Below are positions 38,091 to 47,818 of a stretch of 64,000 nucleotides of DNA, piece after piece. The first letter of the stretch is position 1. Each line of letters begins with the position of its first letter. The stretch lies in assembly GCF_964213995.1 (NCBI RefSeq), contig NW_027590357.1, positions 62,001 through 126,000 on the forward strand. The letters run 5' to 3'. This DNA comes from Mustelus asterias (Eukaryota). A program made the position numbers and the translations under genes. The notes beneath the pieces were generated by a model. That model was given only the letters and a program-made list of their open reading frames with translations, was not told the origin of the DNA and did no database searches.

Positions 38091-41000
38091 CTCTAAAATG
38101 GCTTTAGAAGATTAAAAATAAGATGCAAATGAATTTGACCCTTCAACTGTCATACCAAACAGGTCATGGACTGCTTTACTACGGAGCATAATATAGTAAA
38201 TCTCACTTTGCATTTGCTCATCGAACATTCCCAAGGCCGGTTCATCACTGGTTAAATATCATCCAAATCTCCCTCTACAATCTGAAGTTTCTGCTCTCTC
38301 TGATGGTCACAGTGTGCTTTAGGGATCTCATTTCTGAGACGCCGAGCCAAACATCAAGTCAAACTGTCACATTACTCACAGATACAAGTTTATTGAAGAA
38401 ATAAATCAAATTTCACTCCCTGAAATACAGCAGAAGGAACCAGAAGATTTACAACCAGTCAGGCAGTTTCCTGGCCCCAACACGGTGACCACGCCCGCAG
38501 AAACAGAACAGATGCACAAACGGTGCAACAATCGATTTTCCAGCAGGTAGGTATGATCAATCTGTCAATTTAATTCAAACTGTTTGATTCTAATTGATCA
38601 ATGATCAATTTACAACAGAAAATCAATAACCTCTTTTAAATAAAACTGATATTCATTTCAAAACTCCTGTCGATTTTTAATTATGTCTCTCTGTCTGTCT
38701 CACTTCTCGAAAACTATGTAAAAATGTAATTTCGCTGAAAATTAGGAATCAAAAATAACAGATTCAGGACAGTTCAATGTCCCCGACAGAGATACAGTGA
38801 CACAGTAAGGATTAAATAAAACAAGAAACATTTACATTGAAAATCATTACCTGATTCGATCTAATTTCTTAATTAAATGTAGTCAACAAATTATTCGAGG
38901 TAAAACACCTTATCGAGCTAAGTATAGCTGATGAAAGAAAGGTTTTGTTTCTGAATTCATTTTCGATACAATTAAACATTCTCTGAAACGGATGATACTT
39001 TGCACGCCCGTGCATTATTCAAGATATTTTGTTTTGAATTAATTAGCACCAATATTATATTTTGTTTTGTTAATTGCCGGTTACTTTTCCTGTTAGCTGA
39101 TTTATACTCCGTAATAAAATCAGTTTTCAATCATTCAAAACTTTCCCTGCCTCGAACATTGTGAAGTAATTAGGTTCCAATTAAATCTTAAACAATAAAC
39201 TTCAAATTACTGAATGGAAAGATTCAGACATCTGTAATTCATTTGCTTAAATCGAATAACATTGTCATGTTTTTTTCATTTCCACTTTTACTCCAAATGC
39301 CTTATTGTAACCTGCAAACGTGTTAAGAATGCATGTTTCTGAATTTGTATACACTGTAACGGCCTGGCAGTTTGAGGTCAATGAAGCTGCTTCCTAGATT
39401 TAATAATTTGGACCATCCATATAATTTAATTACTGAACATATTGTTTAAATTAAGAAGTTCTGAATTAAACAATGAAAAACACAATGAGGACAATTGATT
39501 CAAATCCTCTGCAACACTGAAACATGATGCACAAAATAAGTCGAGACTTTTTCTTCAGTATAATATTTAATACTAATTAAACATCATGCTCAAATAGAAT
39601 CAATTCTTCTATTCTGTCATTTATTCATCCAATAATTCTATTCTATGTTCAGCAGTAATGGGAGACAGGATGTTATTAGTAAATGCAGAGCAAATATTAC
39701 AAATATAAAAATATTATAATATTATAAAAAATTAATTATTTGAATTTCAAGTATTAAATTGTAAATCTCTAGCCAGTTTCTGTTGACAACCTTACGACAA
39801 TTCAAACACCATTATATGAACAATTGTTTAGTGTTAGCGAATTCCACCTGTCAGAAAACTGTGTTCACTCTGTCACATTTATTTAAACTGCGGGATTCTA
39901 ATTGATCAATTTTCAAACTACAACAAAAATCAATAACTTCTTTTAAATTAAACTGATATTCGTTTCACAATTCCCTTCGACTTTTAACTATTTCTCCCTG
40001 TCTATCTCAAATCTCGAAAATTAGGCAAAAAAATATATTTTTTTCTGAAAATGAGCACATCAGATATAACCGATCCAGGGTAGTGTAATGTCCCTAACAG
40101 AGATACAGTGACACAGTAAGAATTGTAATTCATGATTTACTTTAATCTGCAAGCATCAGTTAACATGAATAAATTGCTCAAATATATATTTGTTTTATTT
40201 TTTCCGATACCAGTTTGTTTTATCCTGACAAGGATGTTTAAACGCAGTTTGTTTTTTTCATTTAGCTGGAAAAAGTGCAACCGCTCAGGATCACCGAGTT
40301 GAAACAATACAGAAACAATTGAGAAACACCAAACCATTCACAAATTTTGAGATGAGATTAGTGATTAATTACCTCTGCATCCAACTACAAATTACTTGGA
40401 AGGAATGCTGCGCCTGCACAGAAACAATGTAATAATCGGGCACAAAAATTGCCAAATAGCGTTTTATTGCCAATTATTCTCCAAAACTCAGATTTAAGTG
40501 AATGCGAACTTCATCGGGGATATAACAATTAATGCAAAGTATCTTGTTGAACTGAACGCTGCTGCGGAAACAGCATGTTATCATTGAAATAGTTTCTGGA
40601 ATTATCACAAAATATTTCCAGCCGAGAAACTTTTTTTGGTCATGTTAATTGTGTGCAAAGCACAGCAGAACTATTAAAGCCGATTAATGCGAAATGATAT
40701 GAATAGAAAATAATCTTTTGTGAATATGTAGTTATGTTACCGATTAATAACAGTTTGATTTATATTAATTTTACTATCAAACTTGTTAATGAGAAGTTTG
40801 TTTTTGCAGCAACTACTTAGTGTCCGATTGAGCGTTGTAAGACATGATTTATTTTAATTTCTGAGAGTTAGTTAAAATTTATAAAAATGCTGTAATACCT
40901 TTATTTTATTTCTTTCACAACCTGCTTATTTTCTCCCTACAAGGATTTTCAAACTCATAGATTATTTGCATTTAACCAGAAAACGTGTAACCGCTCAGTG

Positions 41001-42343
41001 CCACCGAGTTTAAACAATGCAGAAACACCAAAACATTTCACACATTTTAAACATTCTTAGTGACCCAACAACAGAACCTCCTCAACAGAAACACACCAAA
41101 ACACATCAATGAGGGAATGAATCCGTTTCACGGGCACGCAACTCAATTATCCATTCAACAAAATCAAAAATATGATTGCAAGGAAATCTCAATATTCAAT
41201 CCGGCAACCCAGCTCGTCACCAAATATATGAATGATTGAACTGAACAGAAATTTGGAATAAGAGCAATAGCATTGCGAGGAGGTGGAATATGTCCAACAA
41301 ATTAATATTGAAATTTTACCACATTCTATTCATATTGGGTCATATTTCAAACAGATTTCAAACATATTAAAATATTAGGTGGGGAAAAGCTGCAGCCGTC
41401 AGATGCCACCGAGGTTAAACATGGCATGTATCCCAAATTGTGAATGCAGTGGCAAACTATGTTTTGGACGAGTGGCATAAACCGTGGTTTGGTTTAACCT
41501 GCACTTATCAGCTCCGATTTAAAAAAATACAAATACAATAAAGCCTGCCTGATTTCTGTCTGCAGGCACGCGTCAAGTACTTTAAAACCCGCAGACTGTT
41601 TGTATTCAATCACAAAGTGTGTAACAGCTTAGTGTCACCGAGTGTAAACAATGCAGAATCTCCGAACCATTTCACAAATTTTACTTATTCAAAGTCACCC
41701 AGACAGACAACCTCCTCACCAGAAACACGCAGCACTGAGGGACTGAACCCCGGTTCATGCAGAAGCAGCTCAATTCTACAAACAGTTGCAACAGAATCAA
41801 ATTTCACATTGGCAGAAAATCTCAATTTAAAATCCAGCCAATCTGACCATCACCAAAGCAACTAATAATTAAAATAAGCACAACAATGACATGGCAAAAT
41901 CAGATTATGATTAAGCGGAACATGTTCGCAACATTAAAGCAGAAACTTTAACATATTTTGTTAATATTGGGTTAGATTTCAAACACTTGTGCAGTAGATG
42001 GTGCAACTCGCAGCCACTAGATGTCACCGAGATTAAACATTGAAGAAACGCCGAACTGCTTAACAAAAGGAAGGCATTTAAAGTAACCCAGCCACACAAT
42101 GTCCTCAGCAGATACACACCAAATCACAACAAGAGACTGAATCACTCAGTATCACCTTTTGTCAATTAACAGTAGAATTCTATAACCCCCATTTTAAGCA
42201 GGATCACATGAAACATTGTAAAGATTTTCAGCACAGAATCCACCAAACCACATTACATTGAACGAATGAATTAATAAAATCGAGAAAAAGTATAAAACAA
42301 AAACTCAAATAAAACACTGACTAAATAAATGCATGGTTCTTAC

Positions 42344-42430
42344 CTGCAGTCACCGTCACCATGGTCCCTTGTCCCCAGTAGTCCATGGCGTCACAGTGTC
42401 ACATTCTCTAGGCTGGGTCATACAATAACC
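42344..42430 (-). CDS. IGHJ: IgH J segment (42344-42391, AMDYWGQGTMVTVTA) with 23-bp 5' RSS
   Basis: Minus strand: GGTTATTGT, 23 nt, CACTGTG, then a WGQGT motif and a phase-1 donor G|gtaaga. Confidence 0.96.
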
Positions 42431-42756
42431 ATCTCTGCACAAAATAGACAGAAATCCATCAGTATTTTAAAAATTCACAAGCCAGAGGGAAAGCAAATCA
42501 CTGCATTTTCATGAAATTATTATTGTACTGGTGGATACCGTTCGCTCTACATAAATAACCTTAATGTTTTATATTTCATAGAGGATCACATGATCAAGTT
42601 ATTGAAAACACCAACTGATAATCAAATAGTTATCATAAATTTCCCATATTAATTCTCGCTATTTGTGTAGTGCTGGGACATAAATAATACAGCACCGTAA
42701 ATAATGCTGGATTGGAAAACAGAGCACTGCCCCAGTCTCGGTCAATTAGTGCTGAG

Positions 42757-42825
42757 GGTTTTTGTATTGACAGTAACTGCTGTGCCACCCCAGTTATCAC
42801 AGTGAGACACAGCATGACAAATACT
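42757..42825 (-). other. IGHD: IgH D2 segment (42785-42797, ATAACTGGGGTGG) with 12/12 RSSs
   Basis: Plus strand: ggtttttgt(42757-65), 12 nt, tgctgtg(42778-84), D, cacagtg(42798-804), 12 nt, acaaatact(42817-25). Confidence 0.93.
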
Positions 42826-43125
42826 GTGCCCGACTGCTAACTGTTTAATTACACTGCTGTCTCAAAAATCTGATTCTGCCTCATCCACGAGCGAGTGACT
42901 GAGATATTTCAGCTTGTCCTGGTCATTGTATTTATAAAGGGGATCGGAATGCTTTTAAACTCTCTGTGTAGATTTAGCATATCGGTAAATATAGATTTTA
43001 TGGGAAGATTTTTATACCTTTTCACAAACTAATATTACTTCCACACATTATTTCACTGAAGCCTCGTTTACTTTGAAACTCCTGCTGTGGCACTGATCAC
43101 CAATTTGAGCAATCTCTTTCCATGA

Positions 43126-43205
43126 GGTTTTTGTATGAGGATGTCGCTGTGCTCAGCACAGTGACCCACTGCTGTATCACAGTGACAGACACTCGCACAA
43201 AAACT
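43126..43205 (-). other. IGHD: IgH D1 segment (43164-43177, ATACAGCAGTGGGT) with 12-bp 5' RSS and 22-bp 3' RSS
   Basis: Plus strand: ggtttttgt(43126-34), 22 nt, cacagtg(43157-63), D, cacagtg(43178-84), 12 nt, acaaaaact(43197-205). Confidence 0.92.
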
Positions 43206-43576
43206 GCACTCACTCTCTGTTCAGTACTGCCGCTCAATATTCACTTCAAATAGACCATTATTTCGATGTAATTTACAATTTATGCAGCAGTTCACAAAAC
43301 ACAATCTAGAAACATCTCCTCCAAGTATCAGAAATATTAAAACGAGCATTATATCCAGGTGTGTAATTGCTGAAACTGTTAACAGTAAATATAAACAGAG
43401 TGAAAAGCTCAGCCCATTATGTCTGTGTGTTTTCTTGGTTTAATGTTTAATTTTCACTAAGTTGGGTTTGTCAGAAGCGGTTTGTGTTTTGGTTCTGGTC
43501 ACTGTCGTTAATACTACATTGAAAACAAGCACTGACCTTCAGGTTATGATGGAAGTTGCTGAATTCCCTCTCGAGC

Positions 43577-43615
43577 TGTTCTTGTTCGGGTCCATCCCTA
43601 GTTCCTCTCGCTGTG
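43577..43615 (-). other. V 3' recombination signal sequence (23-bp spacer)
   Basis: Minus strand reads CACAGCG - agaggaactagggatggacccga (23 nt) - ACAAGAACA immediately after the V coding end. Confidence 0.93.
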
Positions 43616-43920
43616 GTGTCTTGCACAGTAATAGATGGCGGTGTCTTCGGTCTTCAGCCTCGTCATCTCCAAAGAGAAGATGTTGCTTGAAGTGTCTTTG
43701 GACGCAGTAAATCGATCTTTAATTGCTGGGGCGTAGTTGTTGCTAGATGAACTATAGTACCACAGCAGCCACTCTAGCCCCTGTCCTGGAACCTGTCGGA
43801 TCCAGTGCATGGAAGCGCTGCTAAGACTGAAGCCGCTGGTTTTACAGGTCAGTGTCAGGGAGCCTCCTGGACGCCCGGTCTCTGCCTCTGGCTGAGTCAA
43901 CACAACCTGCGACTGGACAC
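43616..43920 (-). CDS. IGHV: Germline immunoglobulin heavy-chain V gene segment, shark IgM type (V exon only; no leader exon found)
   Basis: Splice acceptor ttttacag at 43921-43928 (minus strand), then an open frame (G)[101 protein letters not shown]. It has the canonical Cys, WxRQ and YYC framework residues and is followed directly by an RSS. The framework resembles elasmobranch IgM V rather than IgW or IgNAR V. Confidence 0.96.
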
Positions 43921-44174
43921 CTGTAAAAATAGATTAAAAAACCCGAGGATTAATCCTGGTGTAATGATTTTTTACTCTGGAGTATTACAGAGATGGACTA
44001 AAACTGAGACAGTAACTGTGGGAGACTAGAAAACTGCCCCAGGCTCCTGTGAATTCCTCCAACTCGTATTTAATTAGACTTGAATTGATTTATTTTAAAA
44101 CGGTTTATTTTAAACATATTGAGACCGGCCTGAAAGTGGTAGACTGGGGACTATCACACAAATGCTCTCAGTCT

Positions 44175-44510
44175 GATGGTGTGGGGGTATTGTCACTGGA
44201 CTGGGAGCCCAGAGCCAGCCAGCTTCCAATCACACCACAGCAAATAGTGAAATCTCAATTCAATAAAAATCTGTCATTAAAGGCCTGGTGATGACCATGA
44301 AACCATTGCCGTTAAAACCCATTTGGTTCACCGATGCCCTTTAGAGAAGGAACTTATCCGACTCCAGAATAAGACCAGAGGACGCTGGAAAATCTCAGCA
44401 GGTCTGGTAGGACCTGTAAGTCTTTCATGTGAATCCAGGTCCACACGATGTGGTTGACTCTGGAATGGCCCAGCAAGCAAGCCGCTCAGTTCAAGGGCAG
44501 TTAGGGATAG
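44175..44510 (+). mobile_element. Second tRNA-SINE family element, upstream of the V exon
   Basis: ggtattgtcactggact...gatgaccatgaaaccattg...ctcagttcaagggcagttagggat; the tail is shared with the LINE-like 3' end at 2395-2545. Confidence 0.65.
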
Positions 44511-44719
44511 ACCACAATCAAGGAACTGGGAACAATCTGCACAAAATATTGGCCAGTTATTTTCAGGTTGGAAATGTAAAGCTGCCGTTTCGCTCTCAGT
44601 CAGGAACAGATCCCAGTTTTACACCAATCTCTGATTTAACAGCACATTGGAGAGCTGGTGCAGACACGATGGGCCAAATGGCCTCCTCCTGCACCAACAC
44701 TATTCTGTGAAATCTTAGA

Positions 44720-44935
44720 AAACAGGGAAATGCTGGAATTAAACTCAGCAGGTTCGGCAGCATCTGTGCAGAGAGAGAGAGAGAAACAGAGTTAACATTT
44801 CAGCTCTGTGACCTTTCCTGTGAACTGGGGAAAGTTAGAAATGTAACAGGTTTGGAGAAAGGGGCGGGTGGGACAGGGACGAAAGGAAGGTCTGTGAGAG
44901 GGTGGAAGACAGGAGAGATTGAATGAGAGAAAAGT
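44720..44935 (-). mobile_element. Penelope-related short repeat with decayed hammerhead-like core
   Basis: Minus strand cagttcacaggaaaggtcacagagctgaaatgttaactctgtttctctc...cagatgctgccgaacctgctgag. Confidence 0.45.
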
Positions 44936-45827
44936 GAACCCCCCCCACAGAGCCAAACTCCCTCAGAGGCTCCCACACTGCATTCCAACAAACTGAGCTG
45001 GATTGGACTGAATGGGAAGTCATGGGAATGTAGCCCTCACTGACTTCATGGATCAAGTACATTTCTGGATGGAAATTAGCTGCATAGACTCCAGCCTGGT
45101 TGTTGGTGTGAAACAGGAGCTGATGTCTATCTGTATGTGTGTGTGTGAGTCCCTGCCTGCAGCTCCCAGAGAGTTTAAAATCCTGCATCTGTCTCTCTGC
45201 AGAGCTGCTGGTTAAAGACACATTTACAGCATTTATCAGACAGAAACTTCACTCTCATTCTCTCCCTCCCCTCCCCCAGCCAGTGCTTCTGTTAAAAAAA
45301 GTTGAAACGCTTTATTTTGCAGCTCTGATCTCTGGTGAATTATTAACCACTAAGCACAGGGCACACACACACATTCAGACACCCGGACAGACAACAGGCA
45401 GATTGTAAATCAGAACTGGGATTTGTAAATGCAGCAACAAAGAACTTTGCAAGATATTGTTTCAGTTCAGGCAACTTAAGGAAAAGTGAATTTTGCAAGA
45501 ATCAGCAAAGGGTGCAAACCTGTAGCGGATGGAGTCCTGGATGAACAAGTTGTACAATCCACATTCAGACCTGGCCTCTCTCTCTCTCTGGCAGTGCAGG
45601 GCTGCGAGTTAATTGAAACCCATCTTCTCTCAGCTCCCAGTGCTGGTGATGTGAAGCTGGGAGTGGGGGGGAGGGAGAGCCTTGGGATAAACCATTTGCC
45701 TAGTGCTCACTAACCCCCACACACAAACACCCCCCCACACACTCAGAGACAGGTTGGTGTTGGACTGGGCCAGGTAGGAGGAGGTGTGTTCAGGTGAGGT
45801 GGAGGAGCTGTGGTTGGATAAGGATTG

Positions 45828-46100
45828 ATTGGGGAGGTGTGGGACTCAGTGAGGTTATAAAAAGGCTGGCGATGCATTGTCCAGTCTCTCTCTACACGTG
45901 GGTTGGTAAGTATCAGGTAAGCTGTGTCTTTGTGAGTGAGTGAGTGAGTCAGTGTGTGCTTGCATGGAGTTCCAGCTCTGATATTTTAACCCCCCTTTCC
46001 CAGCACAAAGCCCCTGGCCAAGGATCTCTCTCCCCACCATGGGAGAGGGGATGGAAGGAGTTGGAGAGATCACCGAGGGAAAACATGTGCGATGGTGAGT
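45828..46100 (+). promoter_or_regulatory. Candidate TATA promoter, short first exon and coding second exon (46004-46094) of an unidentified gene
   Basis: Reverse CCAAT at 45828-32, TATAAAAAGG at 45856-65, donors gtaagt (45906) and gtaagc (45917), ttttaac plus ccccctttcccag acceptor, Kozak ccaccATGg at 46039, donor gtgagt at 46095. Confidence 0.55.
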
Positions 46101-46214
46101 ATGAACCTCTTCACTTTCTGTCCGCACCTTTCCCGCCTCAGCCCTGCTTTTCTCTCTGTTTGCAGCCTCCTCTCAATCTCCCTCTCCATCTTTCTCTCTT
46201 TCAACCTTTCTCTC

Positions 46215-46474
46215 TCTCAATCTCTCTCTCAATCTCTGTCTTTCTATCTCTCAATCTTTCTATCTCTCAATCTTTCTATGTCTCAATCTTTCTATGTCTC
46301 AATCTTTCTATGTCTCAATCNNNNNNNNNNNNNNNNNNNNNNNNNNNNNNNNNNNNNNNNNNNNNNNNNNNNNNNNNNNNNNNNNNNNNNNNNNNNNNNN
46401 NNNNNNNNNNNNNNNNNNNNNNNNNNNNNNNNNNNNNNNNNNNNNNNNNNNNNNNNNNNNNNTCTCAATCTTTC
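46215..46474. repeat. 16-bp minisatellite tctcaatctttctatg, interrupted by N-runs
   Basis: Visible directly at 46250-46320 and 46463-46474. Confidence 0.85.
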
Positions 46475-46902
46475 NNNNNNNNNNNNNNNNNNNNNNNNNN
46501 NNNNNNNNNNNNNNNNNNNNNNNNNNNNNNNNNNNNNNNNNNNNNNNNNNNNNNNNNNNNNNNNNNNNNNNNNNNNNNNNNNNNNNNNNNNNNNNNNNNN
46601 NNNNNNNNNNNNNNNNNNNNNNNNNNNNNNNNNNNNNNNNNNNNNNNNNNNNNNNNNNNNNNNNNNNNNNNNNNNNNNNNNNNNNNNNNNNNNNNNNNNN
46701 NNNNNNNNNNNNNNNNNNNNNNNNNNNNNNNNNNNNNNNNNNNNNNNNNNNNNNNNNNNNNNNNNNNNNNNNNNNNNNNNNNNNNNNNNNNNNNNNNNNN
46801 NNNNNNNNNNNNNNNNNNNNNNNNNNNNNNNNNNNNNNNNNNNNNNNNNNNNNNNNNNNNNNNNNNNNNNNNNNNNNNNNNNNNNNNNNNNNNNNNNNNN
46901 NN

Positions 46903-47818
46903 TTTCCCCCCCCTGGGCTTTGTCCCCCCCCCCCCCCCCCCGGGCTTTGTCCCCCCCCCCCCCTGGGCTTTGTCCCCCCCCCCCCCCCCCTGGGCTTTGT
47001 CGTCCCCCCCCCCCCCCCTGGGCTTTGTCGTCCCCCCCCCCCCCCCGGCATTGCCCCCCCCCCCGGCATTGCCCCCCTCCCGGCATTGCCCCCCCCCCCG
47101 GCATTGGCCCCCCCCCCCGGCATTGCCCCCCCCCGGCATTGCCCCCCCCCCGGCATTGCCCCCCCCGGCATTGCCCCCCCCCCCCGGCACTGCCCCCCCC
47201 CCGGCACTGCCCCCCCCCGGGCATTGCCCCCCCCGGGCATTGCCCCCCCCCGGGCATTGCCCCCCCCCCGGGCATTGCCCCCCCCCCGGGCATTGCCCCC
47301 CCCGGGCATTGCCCCCCCCCCGGGCATTGCCCCCCCCCCCCGGGCATTGCCCCCCCCCTGGGCATTGCCCCCCCCCGAATTGCGCCCCCCCCCCCCGAAT
47401 TGCGCCCCCCCCCCGAATTGCGCCCCCCCCCGAATTGCCCCCCCCGAATTGCCCCCCTCCCGAATTGCCCCCCCCCGAATTGCCCCCCCCCCGAATTGCC
47501 CCCCCCCCGAATTGCCCCCCCCCCGAATTGCCCCCCCCGAATTGCGCCCCCCCGAATTGCGCCCCCCCCCGAATTGCGCCCCCCCCGAATTGCGCCCCCC
47601 CCCCCCCGAATTGCCGCCCCCCCCCCGAATTGCCCCTCCCGAATTGCCCCCCTCCCGAATTGCCCCCCTCCCGAATTGCGCCCCCCCCCCGAATTGCGCC
47701 CCCCCCCCCGAATTGCGCCCCCCCCCCCGAATTGCGCCCCCCCCCCCGAATTGCGCCCCCCCCCCGAATTGCGGCGCCCCCCCGAATTGCGCCCCCCCCG
47801 ACTTGCGCCCCCCCCCCG
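46903..47818. repeat. Longer copy of the C-run minisatellite with changing spacer
   Basis: The spacer shifts from tgggctttgt to ggcattg to gggcattg to gaattg(cg) along the array. Confidence 0.93.

Noticed and set aside
38801-38829. Cryptic RSS cacagta-13 nt-acaagaaac in the J-C intron
   Set aside because: Imperfect heptamer, spacer and nonamer; no adjacent J-like WGxG sequence; the duplicate at ~40110 lacks the nonamer.
43135-43151. Extra heptamer (CACAGCG on minus) inside the D1 22-bp spacer
   Set aside because: Only 10 nt from the nonamer, outside the 12 +/- 1 spacer range.
43598-43903. IgW, IgNAR or TCR identity for the V segment, or a germline-joined VDJ
   Set aside because: The framework and CH1 match IgM-type sequences, and the segments are separate with RSSs intact.
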